From: Escherichia coli
GTDB taxonomy: Bacteria; Pseudomonadota; Gammaproteobacteria; Enterobacterales; Enterobacteriaceae
NCBI RefSeq assembly: GCF_050920415.1
Contig: NZ_CP169309.1
DNA length: 64,000 nucleotides
Strand: one strand, 5' to 3'
Shown: piece by piece, positions 31,540-43,299 of the stretch
How the letters are laid out: each line of letters starts with the position of its first letter
Position numbering within the stretch: the first letter of the stretch is position 1
The notes under the pieces: model-generated
Told to the model about the DNA's origin: nothing
Seen by the model: the letters and a program-made list of their open reading frames with translations, nothing else
Database searches by the model: none
Program-made: the position numbers and the translations under genes

Positions 31540-32820
31540 TTAAACGCCCAGACGATCGCGCAGGCTGTAATAAGCCGCGCCCATCGCGGTAAATGGCACG
31601 CGCAGCGTGCGCCCGCCGGGGAACGGGTAATGCGGCAGATTGGCGAAGGCGTCGAAGCGTTCGGCGTCACCGCGCAGCAGTTCAGCAATCAAACGCCCGG
31701 CAAGATGGGTACAGGTGACGCCGTGGCCGCTGTAACCCTGCATGTAATAGATGTTGGTATCAAGGCGATCGAACTGCGGCATGCGCGACAAGGTCAGCAG
31801 GAAGTTGCCCGTCCAGCGGTAATCAATTTTCACGCCCTTCAGCTGCGGGAAGGTTTTCAGCAGTTTCGGCACCACAAGACGCTCAACGTCATCCGGGTCG
31901 CGCGCGCCGTAGACCACGCCGCCGCCGTACAGCAGGCGGTTATCGGCAGTCAGGCGGTAGTAATCAAGAAGATAGTTACAGTCTTCCACACAGTAGTTTT
32001 TCGGGATCAGCGAACGGGCTAAATCTTCCGACAGCCGCTCGGTGGTGATCACCTGCGTGCCGCACGGCATGCTGCGTTTCGCCAGTTCCGGCTCTACTTT
32101 ATCGCCCAGATACGCATTCCCGGCGACAATCACATACTTCGCCGTCACCTGACCATTGGCAGTCCGCACCACGGCTGGCGTGGTGTGCTGGATATGCGTC
32201 ACGGCGGAAAGCTCATACACGCGCCCGCCGTTCAGGCGAATGGCATCGGCTTCACCAATGGCGAGGTTTAGCGGATGAATATGCCCACCGCTGTGATCCA
32301 GCAGCGCACCAGTGTAGCGATCGCTGGCGACCTCGCGGCGAATAGCGTTGGCGTCCAGCAGCTCCAGCTGTTTATTGCCGTAGCGTTCCCAGTTCTCTTT
32401 CTGCTCTTCGAGTGTGGCGAGTTGTTTATCATTCATCGCCACAAACAGGCCGCCGGGGCGATAGTCGCAGTCAATCTGATAACGTTTGATACGTTCGCGG
32501 ATGATCTCGCCACCCTCGAACATCATGCTGCCGAGCATACGGGCGGTATCCATGCCGTAGCTTTTTTCGATAACGTCGATGTCGCGGCTGTAGGAGTTCA
32601 CAAGCTGCCCGCCGTTGCGTCCGCTTGCGCCGAAGCCGATGCGTGAGGCTTCAAGAACCACCACGTCAAAGCCCGCTTCCGCCAGATGCAGCGCGGAGGA
32701 AAGCCCGGTATAGCCGCCGCCGACCACGCAAACGTCGCAGGAAATCGACTCATTCAGCGTGTCGAATGGCGCGTATTTATTCGCACTGGCGGCGTAATAA
32801 CTGCTGGTATGTTCGGTCAT
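31540..32820 (-). CDS. puuB: Gamma-glutamylputrescine oxidase (FAD-dependent)
   Basis: 426 aa; FAD-binding motif VCVVGGGYTGLSSAL. Confidence 0.88.
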   Translation of the reverse strand: MTEHTSSYYAASANKYAPFDTLNESISCDVCVVGGGYTGLSSALHLAEAGFDVVVLEASRIGFGASGRNGGQLVNSYSRDIDVIEKSYGMDTARMLGSMMFEGGEIIRERIKRYQIDCDYRPGGLFVAMNDKQLATLEEQKENWERYGNKQLELLDANAIRREVASDRYTGALLDHSGGHIHPLNLAIGEADAIRLNGGRVYELSAVTHIQHTTPAVVRTANGQVTAKYVIVAGNAYLGDKVEPELAKRSMPCGTQVITTERLSEDLARSLIPKNYCVEDCNYLLDYYRLTADNRLLYGGGVVYGARDPDDVERLVVPKLLKTFPQLKGVKIDYRWTGNFLLTLSRMPQFDRLDTNIYYMQGYSGHGVTCTHLAGRLIAELLRGDAERFDAFANLPHYPFPGGRTLRVPFTAMGAAYYSLRDRLGV

Positions 32821-32821
32821 T

Positions 32822-34309
32822 TCAGGCCTCCAGGCTTATCCAGATGGTTTTCAGTTCGGTGAATTTTTCAAGGGCGTGCAGGGATTTGTCGCGACCGTTG
32901 CCGCTCTGCTTATAGCCGCCAAACGGCACGGTCATATCACCGTCGTTGTAGTTATTGACGAAGACGGAACCGGCTTTCAGGCGGCGACTCATGCGGTGCG
33001 CGCGGGAGAGGTCGCGTGTCCATACCGCCGCGCCAAGTCCGTACTGGCTGTCGTTGGCAAGCTGTAGCGCCTGTTCTTCTGATGTGAAACGCGTGACCAC
33101 CAGCACCGGACCGAAAATCTCTTCGCGGCTTAAGGACGCATTCGGGTCTACATCTACAAAGATGGTCGGGCCGATGGCGGCAGCCAGCTCGGCGTTACGG
33201 CCATCCAGCAGCAGTTGCCCTTTGCTTTCGCCTTCCCGAATAAAGCTATGGACCGAGTCGGCGTGGGCGCAGTCGATTAAGGTGCCCATGGTGGTTGCGG
33301 GATCAAGTGGATGGCCCGGCTGCCAGTTTTGCGCCTGCTGTTTTAACAGGGCTAAGAACTCATCGGCAATGCTCTCTTCCAGCAACAAACGCGTTCCGGC
33401 GATGCACACCTGGCCCTGGTTATAGAAGATACCTGCAGCGGTGGCACTCGCGGCTTTTTGCAGATCCGGGCAGTCAGCGAAAACGATGTTGGCGCTTTTG
33501 CCGCCCGCTTCCAGCCAGACGCGTTTCATGTTGCTGTCGCCTGCATCTTTCAGCAGCTGTTTCCCGGTACGGGTCGAACCGGTAAAGGCGATGGCATCGA
33601 TATCGTTATGACGCGACAGCGCCTGCCCCGCTTCATGACCAAAACCCGTCACCACGTTCAACACGCCATCCGGCAGACCTGCTTCTTTCGCCAGCCCGGC
33701 GAGACGAATCGCGCTAAGCGGTGATTTTTCCGACGGCTTCAGGACGACACTGTTCCCTGACGCCAGCGCCGGGCCGAGTTTCCAGCAGGTCAGCAGCAGC
33801 GGGAAGTTCCACGGTACAATGGCAGCAATCACGCCCACCGGTTCACGCACGATCATCGCCAGGTCATTGCTACTGGTGGTCGCCACTTCGCCATACACTT
33901 TGTCGATTGCTTCGGCGTACCAGCGAATGGCGCGCGCCGCGCCGGGAATATCATCACGCAGACTGTGACGAATCGGTTTGCCGGTGTCGAGCGTTTCCAG
34001 CAGTGCCAGCTCTTCGGCGTTGGCTTCCATTAAATCGGCGAGTTTATTCAGTACCGCTTTACGTTTTGCCGGAGAAGAGAGTGACCAGTCGCCGCGTTCA
34101 AATACGCCGCGTGCTGCGCTCACCGCACGGTCGATATCGACGCTCTTGCCGCGGGCAATTTTCGCCAGCGGTGCCTGGGTGACCGGATCAACGGTTTCAA
34201 AAGTTTCATTTTCCGCCGCAGCAGTATATTCACCGTTAATAAATAAGCGGGTTTCAATGGCGAGACTTAACGTTTTATCCTGCCAGTAAGCCAGATGATG
34301 AAAATTCAT
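32822..34309 (-). CDS. puuC: Gamma-glutamyl-gamma-aminobutyraldehyde dehydrogenase
   Basis: MNFHHLAYWQDKTLSLAIETRLFINGEY...; 495 aa from the internal ATG preceded by AGGAG; aldehyde dehydrogenase family. Confidence 0.85.
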   Translation of the reverse strand: MNFHHLAYWQDKTLSLAIETRLFINGEYTAAAENETFETVDPVTQAPLAKIARGKSVDIDRAVSAARGVFERGDWSLSSPAKRKAVLNKLADLMEANAEELALLETLDTGKPIRHSLRDDIPGAARAIRWYAEAIDKVYGEVATTSSNDLAMIVREPVGVIAAIVPWNFPLLLTCWKLGPALASGNSVVLKPSEKSPLSAIRLAGLAKEAGLPDGVLNVVTGFGHEAGQALSRHNDIDAIAFTGSTRTGKQLLKDAGDSNMKRVWLEAGGKSANIVFADCPDLQKAASATAAGIFYNQGQVCIAGTRLLLEESIADEFLALLKQQAQNWQPGHPLDPATTMGTLIDCAHADSVHSFIREGESKGQLLLDGRNAELAAAIGPTIFVDVDPNASLSREEIFGPVLVVTRFTSEEQALQLANDSQYGLGAAVWTRDLSRAHRMSRRLKAGSVFVNNYNDGDMTVPFGGYKQSGNGRDKSLHALEKFTELKTIWISLEA

Positions 34310-34458
34310 TATGACTCCTGTTTCACGTGTATCAGATATATGCAGTTTGTGAACGTCAGGGCGCAGAGATCCCCGGGCCGTATGCCCGTTTATTTCTGGC
34401 GACATTCTTTATGGATTGCCGGGCGCATTGCGCTTACCCGGCTTACAGAACAAAAAGA

Positions 34459-35016
34459 TTAAAACGTGGTGGGCGTATGGGCGCTGATAATTCGGCAAAT
34501 ACCTGCCGACGTATTACTGAAACTGTGCGGGATGCCGGTATTAATGGCATAACTTTGCCCCGCGACGAGGTGGTAATCCTGACCATTAATCGTCAGAACA
34601 ATTTCACCTTCCAGTACAGTGCCTATTTCCTCACCCTGATGCTTAATTCTTTCCCCAGTGGTTGTGCCCGGCTGGTAAGTTTCAAAGATCATCGCCAGCG
34701 TGCGATTCGGGTTACCGTTATGAACCAGCTTCATTGACACACCCTGACTGCCCATCTCAATTAAGTCGTCCTGATTAATGACGACCTGTGGCTCATCAGG
34801 TTTTTCCGGCTCGGAAAAGAATTCCGAGAGTGACAGACCATACACCTTCAGCAGCTTTTGCAGCGTACTGATGGCAGGGCTGACTTTATCTTGTTCTATC
34901 GTACTGATAGCACTGTGAGTCAGCCCGGAGAGTTCGGCGGCACGACGTTGTGAAAGCCCCTGCTGCTGGCGGATTTCCGACAAGCGTTTTCCTGGCGCCA
35001 GTCCCTCATCACTCAT
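34459..35016 (-). CDS. puuR: HTH/cupin transcriptional repressor PuuR
   Basis: 185 aa; helix-turn-helix LSQRRAAELSGLTHSAISTIEQDKVSP. Confidence 0.88.
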   Translation of the reverse strand: MSDEGLAPGKRLSEIRQQQGLSQRRAAELSGLTHSAISTIEQDKVSPAISTLQKLLKVYGLSLSEFFSEPEKPDEPQVVINQDDLIEMGSQGVSMKLVHNGNPNRTLAMIFETYQPGTTTGERIKHQGEEIGTVLEGEIVLTINGQDYHLVAGQSYAINTGIPHSFSNTSAGICRIISAHTPTTF

Positions 35017-35042
35017 ATTTGCATTTCCTTAAACTGTAGTGG

Positions 35043-35807
35043 TCAGAGTCGCTGTTTTTCAGCGATATGGTGCTGACAAGCGGTGATAAAGCCCTCGAAC
35101 AATATACGCGAAAGCGCGTACTCGCTACTGTTCCATTCCGGGTGCCACTGTACGCCCAGCGCAAAAGGATGATTGATGACGCTAACCGCCTCAACTAAGC
35201 CATCCGGCGAGCGAGCTTCAACACGCAACCGTGGGCTAACGACCTTCGCCCCTTGTCCATGCAGAGAGTTTACCCAAAAGTTGCTACATTCAGGTAACAG
35301 TGCAGACAGCAATCCCCCCTCTTCAACCTGAACTTCATGCGACGGTGCATATTGCTGTTCCACCGGCAGTTCGGGATCTTCCCGATGTTCCAGCAATTCA
35401 GGCTGTTCGCACAGCTTGCGATGCAACGAACCACCGGTTGCCACCACCAGTTCCTGTAAACCCCGGCAGATGGCGAAAATGGGGATGCGCCTTTCGAGTG
35501 CGGCATTAATTAACGCCATGCTCAGAAGATCACGCCCGGGATCGGCGTCAGGCTCATCGCCGTTTTCACCATATAGGTGCGGCTGCACATTGCTGGGACT
35601 ACCAGGAAGATAAATACCATCGAGTTTCGGCAAAAGTTGTTCAAGTAATGACGGTTCCGCCAGCGCATGTGGCAGCGCAATTGGCAAGCCGCCTGCGTGG
35701 ATGATGGCATTCAGGTACTTTTCTTGCAGAGTCTGGGTCGCATGACCCTTAAGCCTGTTCCTGCACATTACGACACCGATAACCGGATTGTTCATTATAT
35801 TTTCCAT
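35043..35807 (-). CDS. puuD: Gamma-glutamyl-GABA hydrolase (class I glutamine amidotransferase)
   Basis: MENIMNNPVIGVVMCRN...; 254 aa. Confidence 0.85.
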   Translation of the reverse strand: MENIMNNPVIGVVMCRNRLKGHATQTLQEKYLNAIIHAGGLPIALPHALAEPSLLEQLLPKLDGIYLPGSPSNVQPHLYGENGDEPDADPGRDLLSMALINAALERRIPIFAICRGLQELVVATGGSLHRKLCEQPELLEHREDPELPVEQQYAPSHEVQVEEGGLLSALLPECSNFWVNSLHGQGAKVVSPRLRVEARSPDGLVEAVSVINHPFALGVQWHPEWNSSEYALSRILFEGFITACQHHIAEKQRL

Positions 35808-35976
35808 GCTCAATCTCACAAAGTGGACTAAATTATCGCCATTACTGCGCTTTAAATGACCTTTATGTTCAATATTTTTTCAATTTAGCAGCGGGTTTTC
35901 ATTTTTGCAAACTCAATTTAACATTTGACAAACATTTAGTTTGCATACAGATTCGAATGGTGGTCATTATATTTTA
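35790..35976. promoter_or_regulatory. puuD-puuA divergent control region with three copies of a PuuR-box-like motif
   Basis: gttcattatatttt (35790-35803), tgttcaatatttttt (35866-35880) and ggtcattatatttta (35962-35976) share the core TCATTATATTTT; the first overlaps the puuD start. Confidence 0.5.
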
Positions 35977-36018
35977 CGCTTTGATAACGAGCGGAAAACA
36001 AACCAAAGGCGAAGAATC

Positions 36019-37437
36019 ATGGAAACCAATATCGTTGAAGTAGAGAACTTTGTTCAGCAGTCAGAAGAGAGGCGGGGTAGCGCCTTTACGCAGGAAGTGA
36101 AACGCTACCTGGAGCGCTACCCGAATACGCAATATGTTGATGTTTTACTTACCGATCTGAATGGTTGTTTTCGTGGGAAACGTATTCCTGTTTCAAGCCT
36201 GAAGAAGCTCGAGAAAGGGTGTTATTTCCCGGCCTCGGTGTTTGCAATGGATATTCTGGGCAACGTAGTAGAAGAAGCGGGCCTGGGTCAGGAAATGGGC
36301 GAGCCGGATCGTACCTGTGTTCCTGTTCTCGGTTCCTTAACCCCATCTGCTGCAGATCCTGAGTTTATCGGTCAGATGCTCCTGACCATGGTCGATGAAG
36401 ATGGCGCTCCCTTTGACGTTGAGCCGCGGAACGTTCTTAACCGCCTGTGGCAGCAGCTACGCCAGCGCGGATTGTTCCCGGTTGTAGCGGTAGAGCTGGA
36501 GTTCTATTTACTGGATCGCCAGCGCGACGCTGAAGGGTATCTGCAACCGCCCTGCGCGCCCGGCACCGATGACCGCAATACACAAAGTCAGGTTTACTCC
36601 GTTGATAACCTCAACCACTTCGCCGACGTGCTCAATGATATTGATGAGCTGGCGCAGTTACAGCTGATTCCGGCAGATGGCGCGGTCGCCGAGGCCTCGC
36701 CAGGTCAGTTTGAAATCAATCTTTACCATACCGATAACGTGCTGGAAGCTTGCGATGATGCGCTGGCACTAAAACGCCTGGTGCGTCTGATGGCAGAAAA
36801 GCATAAGATGCACGCCACTTTTATGGCGAAGCCGTATGAAGAGCACGCGGGCAGCGGGATGCATATCCATATCAGTATGCAAAATAATCGTGGCGAGAAC
36901 GTGCTTTCTGACGCGGAAGGCGAAGATTCGCCGCTGCTGAAAAAGATGCTCGCCGGGATGATTGACCTGATGCCGTCATCAATGGCGTTGCTGGCACCAA
37001 ACGTGAACTCGTATCGCCGCTTCCAGCCGGGGATGTATGTACCGACGCAGGCGTCGTGGGGCCATAACAACCGCACCGTCGCCCTGCGTATTCCCTGCGG
37101 CGATCGCCATAATCACCGCGTGGAATATCGCGTGGCGGGTGCCGATGCCAACCCGTATTTGGTGATGGCAGCGATTTTTGCCGGTATTTTGCACGGTCTT
37201 GATAACGCGCTGCCGTTGCAGGAAGAAGTCGAAGGCAACGGGCTGGAGCAGGAAGGCTTACCCTTCCCGATTCGCCAAAGCGATGCCCTGAGTGAGTTTA
37301 TCGAGAACGATCATCTACGCCGCTATTTAGGTGATCGCTTCTGCCATGTCTATCACGCCTGTAAAAATGATGAGCTGTTGCAGTTTGAGCGCCTCATCAC
37401 AGAAACAGAAATTGAGTGGATGCTCAAAAACGCGTAA
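36019..37437 (+). CDS. puuA: Glutamate-putrescine ligase (glutamine-synthetase family)
   Basis: METNIVEVENFVQQSEERRGSAF...; 472 aa. Confidence 0.88.
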   Translation: METNIVEVENFVQQSEERRGSAFTQEVKRYLERYPNTQYVDVLLTDLNGCFRGKRIPVSSLKKLEKGCYFPASVFAMDILGNVVEEAGLGQEMGEPDRTCVPVLGSLTPSAADPEFIGQMLLTMVDEDGAPFDVEPRNVLNRLWQQLRQRGLFPVVAVELEFYLLDRQRDAEGYLQPPCAPGTDDRNTQSQVYSVDNLNHFADVLNDIDELAQLQLIPADGAVAEASPGQFEINLYHTDNVLEACDDALALKRLVRLMAEKHKMHATFMAKPYEEHAGSGMHIHISMQNNRGENVLSDAEGEDSPLLKKMLAGMIDLMPSSMALLAPNVNSYRRFQPGMYVPTQASWGHNNRTVALRIPCGDRHNHRVEYRVAGADANPYLVMAAIFAGILHGLDNALPLQEEVEGNGLEQEGLPFPIRQSDALSEFIENDHLRRYLGDRFCHVYHACKNDELLQFERLITETEIEWMLKNA

Positions 37438-37438
37438 T

Positions 37439-37462
37439 ACCCCTTACGGGGTTGTTTCATCG
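37439..37462 (+). terminator. Putative rho-independent terminator after puuA
   Basis: ccccttacgggg hairpin followed by ttgtttc. Confidence 0.5.
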
Positions 37463-37739
37463 GCCTGAGCGGAGCCAGGCCTGACATTTGCTGGTAATCC
37501 AGACATTTCCCGGATGTCGCGTTATGGAGCGCAGGCGGCAACGGGCTTCCGTTAACGATTAAGACTGTGACGAGGAAATGAGATGATGCCGATGATTAAA
37601 TCCCCGCATGGCGAGGGAGGCTGCGTATGCGCCCCTCCTGCGACTGACTGGACTCCGCCCCCTTTGCTTCCCTTGCTAAACAGGTTTGATTTCAGGTCGA
37701 TACGACCGCAAACCTTATTACGCAGGGGAGGCAGCAATT

Positions 37740-39125
37740 ATGGCTATTAATTCACCACTGAATATTGCTGCGCAACCCGGCAAAACCCGTCTGCGAAAAT
37801 CACTGAAATTGTGGCAGGTGGTGATGATGGGTCTGGCCTATCTCACGCCGATGACTGTGTTCGATACCTTTGGCATTGTTTCCGGCATTAGCGACGGTCA
37901 CGTTCCGGCGTCCTATTTGCTGGCGCTGGCGGGTGTGCTGTTTACCGCGATCAGCTACGGCAAACTGGTTCGCCAGTTTCCGGAGGCCGGTTCGGCCTAT
38001 ACCTACGCGCAAAAGTCGATTAACCCGCACGTCGGATTTATGGTCGGCTGGTCATCGCTGCTGGATTATCTCTTTTTGCCGATGATCAACGTTTTGTTGG
38101 CGAAAATCTATCTCTCCGCCCTCTTCCCGGAAGTGCCGCCGTGGGTGTGGGTGGTAACCTTCGTCGCCATTTTAACCGCCGCGAATCTGAAGAGTGTCAA
38201 CCTGGTCGCTAACTTCAATACCCTGTTTGTGCTGGTGCAGATTTCCATCATGTTGGTGTTTATCTTCCTGGTGGTTCAGGGGCTGCATAAAGGAGAAGGC
38301 GTTGGCACCGTCTGGTCACTTCAGCCGTTTATCAGCGAGAACGCGCACCTGATCCCGATTATTACCGGGGCGACGATTGTCTGTTTCTCGTTCCTCGGTT
38401 TCGATGCGGTGACCACGCTTTCGGAAGAGACGCCGGACGCCGCACGCGTGATCCCGAAAGCCATCTTCCTGACGGCGGTATACGGCGGCGTTATCTTTAT
38501 CGCGGCGTCGTTCTTTATGCAGCTGTTCTTCCCGGATATCAGCCGCTTTAAAGATCCGGACGCCGCACTGCCGGAAATCGCACTGTACGTTGGCGGCAAG
38601 TTGTTCCAGTCGATTTTCCTCTGCACGACGTTTGTGAACACGTTAGCGTCTGGCCTGGCGTCACATGCCAGCGTGTCGCGTCTGCTGTATGTGATGGGGC
38701 GCGACAATGTGTTTCCGGAACGCGTGTTTGGCTATGTGCATCCGAAATGGCGGACTCCGGCACTGAATGTCATTATGGTCGGGATTGTCGCGTTGTCAGC
38801 GCTGTTCTTTGATTTAGTCACCGCGACAGCATTGATTAACTTCGGTGCTCTGGTGGCGTTTACCTTTGTGAATCTGTCGGTGTTTAATCATTTCTGGCGG
38901 CGTAAAGGAATGAATAAAAGCTGGAAGGAGCACTTCCACTATTTGCTGATGCCGCTGGTTGGCGCGCTGACGGTGGGTGTGCTGTGGGTTAACCTCGAGT
39001 CAACGTCACTGACACTCGGTCTGGTATGGGCTTCATTAGGCGGCGCATATTTGTGGTATCTGATCCGCCGCTATCGCAAAGTGCCGTTGTATGATGGTGA
39101 CAGAACGCCGGTGAGCGAAACGTAA
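37740..39125 (+). CDS. puuP: Putrescine importer (APC family)
   Basis: [34 protein letters not shown]...; 461 aa. Confidence 0.88.
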   Translation: MAINSPLNIAAQPGKTRLRKSLKLWQVVMMGLAYLTPMTVFDTFGIVSGISDGHVPASYLLALAGVLFTAISYGKLVRQFPEAGSAYTYAQKSINPHVGFMVGWSSLLDYLFLPMINVLLAKIYLSALFPEVPPWVWVVTFVAILTAANLKSVNLVANFNTLFVLVQISIMLVFIFLVVQGLHKGEGVGTVWSLQPFISENAHLIPIITGATIVCFSFLGFDAVTTLSEETPDAARVIPKAIFLTAVYGGVIFIAASFFMQLFFPDISRFKDPDAALPEIALYVGGKLFQSIFLCTTFVNTLASGLASHASVSRLLYVMGRDNVFPERVFGYVHPKWRTPALNVIMVGIVALSALFFDLVTATALINFGALVAFTFVNLSVFNHFWRRKGMNKSWKEHFHYLLMPLVGALTVGVLWVNLESTSLTLGLVWASLGGAYLWYLIRRYRKVPLYDGDRTPVSET

Positions 39126-39134
39126 TAGTCGGAT

Positions 39135-39173
39135 GCGCGGCGCATTATCCTGCCTGAGGGTAATGCGCCGCGC
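39135..39173. terminator. GC-rich palindrome after puuP (terminator or REP-like)
   Basis: gcgcggcgcattatcc / gggtaatgcgccgcgc inverted repeat with a 7-nt loop; no clear T-tract. Confidence 0.35.
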
Positions 39174-39258
39174 CATTAACTATAAAAAGATGTATGACCC
39201 GGATCACGAGTGCTATCATCCGCCCTTATGCTTAGCGCATTAACCCCAGGGGCAAATA

Positions 39259-39504
39259 ATGAACCACGATATCCCGCTAAAATATTTTGATATTGCCGAT
39301 GAGTACGCGACCGAATGCGCAGAGCCTGTCGCAGACGCTGAACGCACACCGCTGGCCCACTACTTCCAGTTACTGCTCACCCGTTTGATGAACAATGAAG
39401 AGATCAGCGAAGAAGCCCAACATGAAATGGCTGCTGAAGCGGGGATTAATCCCGTACGCATTGATGAGATCGCAGAGTTTTTGAATCAATGGGGTAATGA
39501 GTAA
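39259..39504 (+). CDS. ymjA: Small protein YmjA
   Basis: 81 aa; [23 protein letters not shown]... Confidence 0.8.
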   Translation: MNHDIPLKYFDIADEYATECAEPVADAERTPLAHYFQLLLTRLMNNEEISEEAQHEMAAEAGINPVRIDEIAEFLNQWGNE

Positions 39505-39538
39505 TTATTTCATTGCAGACGCTCGGTCAGTATCGTTG

Positions 39539-39568
39539 CCCGGATAAAGCGTTCACGCCGCATCCGGC
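39539..39568. repeat. REP-type palindromic element
   Basis: gcccggataaagcgttcacgccgcatccggc. Confidence 0.45.
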
Positions 39569-39816
39569 TAAAAATGACACGCACTGCAGCGTGCTTTAAT
39601 GGGTTTCTCACGATCGTACCGCTCTGCTCCTCGCTAAGTTGTTCTGTGAGTTATAGTTATAGAGAAATCACGGGTACGAATGTTGAACAGATGGCGACGT
39701 CACCTGTTCAACGACCAACCACACGGCCCTCATTACGACCCCTGAACACAAACGGTAATGGCAAATGTCATTAAATATTAGTAAGATAGCCTCTTTACAT
39801 AAAATCCCTTAATATT

Positions 39817-41460
39817 ATGCGCCAGGTATTATCGTCTCTTTTGGTGATTGCTGGACTTGTGAGTGGTCAGGCAATCGCCGCGCCTGAATCCCCCCCGCAT
39901 GCTGATATCCGCGACAGCGGTTTTGTCTATTGCGTCAGCGGGCAAGTCAACACCTTTAACCCATCCAAAGCGAGCAGTGGGTTAATTGTCGATACCCTTG
40001 CCGCCCAGTTTTATGATCGACTCCTGGATGTCGATCCCTATACCTATCGCCTGATGCCGGAACTTGCCGAAAGCTGGGAAGTGCTCGACAACGGCGCGAC
40101 CTATCGCTTCCACCTGCGTCGCGATGTTCCGTTTCAAAAAACCGACTGGTTTACTCCCACTCGTAAAATGAATGCCGACGATGTGGTGTTTACCTTCCAG
40201 CGAATTTTTGACCGCAACAACCCGTGGCATAACGTCAACGGCAGCAACTTCCCCTACTTCGACAGCCTGCAATTTGCCGATAACGTGAAAAGCGTCCGCA
40301 AACTGGATAATCATACCGTTGAGTTCCGACTCGCCCAGCCGGATGCTTCTTTTTTGTGGCACCTGGCGACCCATTATGCATCGGTCATGTCGGCAGAATA
40401 TGCCGGGAAGTTAGAGAAAGAAGATCGCCAGGAGCAACTCGACCGTCAACCGGTTGGCACTGGACCGTATCAGTTGTCGGAATACCGCGCCGGGCAATTT
40501 ATTCGCCTACAACGTCATGATGACTTCTGGCGCGGCAAACCGTTAATGCCGCAGGTGGTGGTGGATTTAGGCTCCGGCGGTACCGGACGTCTGTCGAAAC
40601 TCCTGACCGGGGAGTGCGACGTTCTGGCCTGGCCTGCTGCCAGCCAGCTATCTATTTTGCGTGACGACCCACGCTTGCGTTTAACGCTGCGTCCAGGGAT
40701 GAATGTCGCCTATCTGGCATTTAACACCGCTAAACCGCCGCTAAATAATCCCGCCGTGCGCCATGCGCTGGCTCTGGCGATCAATAACCAACGCCTGATG
40801 CAATCCATCTATTATGGTACGGCTGAAACGGCGGCCTCTATTTTACCGCGCGCCTCGTGGGCCTATGACAACGAGGCTAAAATTACTGAATACAATCCGG
40901 CGAAATCGCGCGAACAGTTGAAGGCGTTAGGGCTGGAAAACTTAACTCTGAAACTTTGGGTGCCCACACGTTCGCAGGCGTGGAACCCCAGCCCACTGAA
41001 AACCGCCGAACTAATTCAGGCGGATATGGCGCAGGTTGGCGTAAAAGTGGTGATTGTGCCGGTAGAAGGTCGTTTTCAGGAGGCGCGGTTGATGGATATG
41101 AGCCATGATCTGACGTTATCCGGTTGGGCGACAGACAGTAACGATCCGGACAGTTTCTTTCGTCCGCTACTGAGCTGCGCAGCAATACATTCCCAGACCA
41201 ACCTCGCCCACTGGTGCGATCCGAAATTCGACAGCGTGTTGCGTAAGGCGCTCTCCTCGCAGCAGCTAGCGGCGCGTATTGAAGCCTATGACGAAGCGCA
41301 AAGTATTCTGGCGCAGGAATTGCCCATTTTGCCGCTGGCGTCGTCATTGCGCTTGCAAGCCTACCGTTACGATATCAAAGGGCTGGTTCTTAGCCCGTTT
41401 GGTAACGCCTCCTTTGCTGGTGTGTATCGCGAGAAACAGGATGAGGTGAAAAAACCATGA
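39817..41460 (+). CDS. sapA: Periplasmic peptide-binding protein SapA
   Basis: 547 aa; signal peptide; family-5 solute-binding protein. Confidence 0.9.
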   Translation: MRQVLSSLLVIAGLVSGQAIAAPESPPHADIRDSGFVYCVSGQVNTFNPSKASSGLIVDTLAAQFYDRLLDVDPYTYRLMPELAESWEVLDNGATYRFHLRRDVPFQKTDWFTPTRKMNADDVVFTFQRIFDRNNPWHNVNGSNFPYFDSLQFADNVKSVRKLDNHTVEFRLAQPDASFLWHLATHYASVMSAEYAGKLEKEDRQEQLDRQPVGTGPYQLSEYRAGQFIRLQRHDDFWRGKPLMPQVVVDLGSGGTGRLSKLLTGECDVLAWPAASQLSILRDDPRLRLTLRPGMNVAYLAFNTAKPPLNNPAVRHALALAINNQRLMQSIYYGTAETAASILPRASWAYDNEAKITEYNPAKSREQLKALGLENLTLKLWVPTRSQAWNPSPLKTAELIQADMAQVGVKVVIVPVEGRFQEARLMDMSHDLTLSGWATDSNDPDSFFRPLLSCAAIHSQTNLAHWCDPKFDSVLRKALSSQQLAARIEAYDEAQSILAQELPILPLASSLRLQAYRYDIKGLVLSPFGNASFAGVYREKQDEVKKP

Positions 41461-42422
41461 TTATCTTCACCTTACGCCGCATTTTGTTATTGATTGTCAC
41501 CTTGTTCCTGCTGACGTTCGTTGGCTTTAGCTTGAGCTATTTCACCCCACATGCGCCGTTACAAGGCGCGTCACTGTGGAATGCCTGGGTGTTCTGGTTT
41601 AACGGCCTGATCCACTGGGATTTTGGTGTTTCCAGCATTAACGGTCAACCGATTGCCGAACAGTTAAAAGAGGTCTTCCCGGCGACGATGGAACTGTGCA
41701 TCCTCGCCTTCGGTTTTGCGCTGATTGCTGGCATCCCCGTAGGAATGATTGCCGGGATTACGCGCCATAAGTGGCAGGATAACTTGATCAACGCCATCGC
41801 CTTACTGGGCTTTTCAATCCCGGTGTTCTGGCTGGCGCTTCTGTTGACGCTGTTTTGTTCACTCACGCTAGGTTGGTTGCCCGTTTCAGGGCGTTTCGAT
41901 CTGCTCTACGAAGTGAAACCGATTACCGGTTTTGCGTTGATTGATGCCTGGCTTTCGGACTCACCGTGGCGGGATGAAATGATCATTAGCGCAATCCGTC
42001 ATATGGTATTGCCCGTGATCACCCTGTCGGTTGCGCCAACAACTGAAGTGATCCGACTAATGCGTATCAGCACTATCGAAGTGTATGACCAGAATTATGT
42101 AAAAGCGGCGGCGACCCGCGGTTTGTCACGCTTTACTATTTTGCGTCGCCACGTTCTGCATAACGCGTTACCTCCGGTTATTCCTCGCCTGGGCTTACAG
42201 TTTTCCACCATGCTGACGCTGGCAATGATCACCGAAATGGTCTTTAGCTGGCCGGGTTTAGGGCGCTGGTTAATTAACGCCATCCGCCAGCAAGATTACG
42301 CGGCCATTTCCGCCGGAGTGATGGTGTGTGGCTCACTGGTCATTATTGTTAACGTGATTTCTGATATTTTGGGTGCCATGGCTAACCCTCTGAAACATAA
42401 GGAATGGTATGCCTTACGATAG
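41457..42422 (+). CDS. sapB: ABC permease SapB
   Basis: 321 aa; 4-nt overlap with sapA. Confidence 0.9.
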   Translation: MIIFTLRRILLLIVTLFLLTFVGFSLSYFTPHAPLQGASLWNAWVFWFNGLIHWDFGVSSINGQPIAEQLKEVFPATMELCILAFGFALIAGIPVGMIAGITRHKWQDNLINAIALLGFSIPVFWLALLLTLFCSLTLGWLPVSGRFDLLYEVKPITGFALIDAWLSDSPWRDEMIISAIRHMVLPVITLSVAPTTEVIRLMRISTIEVYDQNYVKAAATRGLSRFTILRRHVLHNALPPVIPRLGLQFSTMLTLAMITEMVFSWPGLGRWLINAIRQQDYAAISAGVMVCGSLVIIVNVISDILGAMANPLKHKEWYALR

Positions 42423-43299
42423 CGTATACAGCGAAAAGCGCCCGCCGGGCACGCTGCGTACCGCCTGGCGCAAATTTTATAGTGATGCCTCTGCGATGGT
42501 CGGTCTGTACGGCTGCGCGGGACTGGCTGTACTGTGTATTTTTGGCGGCTGGTTTGCGCCTTACGGCATCGATCAGCAATTTCTCGGCTATCAATTATTG
42601 CCGCCTTCATGGTCACGCTATGGCGAAGTTTCTTTCTTCCTGGGGACTGACGACCTCGGACGCGATGTTTTAAGTCGTTTACTGAGTGGAGCTGCACCAA
42701 CCGTGGGGGGGGCATTTGTGGTGACGCTTGCAGCGACAATCTGTGGCCTGGTACTTGGCACCTTTGCCGGGTCGACGCACGGTCTACGCTCAGCAGTACT
42801 AAACCATATTCTGGATACCTTACTGGCGATCCCTTCTCTGCTGCTGGCAATTATCGTTGTAGCGTTTGCCGGACCGAGTTTGTCGCACGCCATGTTTGCC
42901 GTCTGGCTGGCGCTGCTGCCTCGTATGGTACGTTCGATTTACAGCATGGTGCATGACGAACTGGAAAAAGAGTACGTTATCGCCGCCCGTCTGGATGGCG
43001 CATCAACGCTGAATATTCTCTGGTTTGCTGTGATGCCAAACATCACCGCCGGGCTGGTCACCGAGATCACCCGCGCACTTTCGATGGCAATTCTCGATAT
43101 CGCCGCGCTGGGCTTTCTCGATCTCGGCGCACAACTCCCCTCGCCTGAATGGGGAGCGATGCTCGGTGATGCGCTGGAACTGATTTATGTCGCCCCGTGG
43201 ACTGTCATGCTGCCAGGTGCGGCAATTATGATTAGCGTGCTGTTGGTTAACCTCCTTGGCGACGGTGTTCGTCGTGCAATTATTGCGGGGGTGGAATAA
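42409..43299 (+). CDS. sapC: ABC permease SapC
   Basis: 296 aa; overlaps sapB. Confidence 0.9.

Noticed and set aside
34310-34405. N-terminal extensions of puuC, puuA, puuP, mpaA, tyrR, ycjX, ycjM, pyrF, ribA, yciW and fabI given by the longest-ORF track
   Set aside because: Internal ATGs reproduce the known protein lengths and N-termini and mostly have better ribosome-binding sites; the upstream extensions are treated as non-coding leader sequence.
39651-39665. 15-mer ttatagttatagaga shared between the sapA upstream region and the osmB upstream region (53546-53560)
   Set aside because: A single exact 15-mer match is about what chance predicts for a 64-kb window on two strands, and the flanking sequence does not align.
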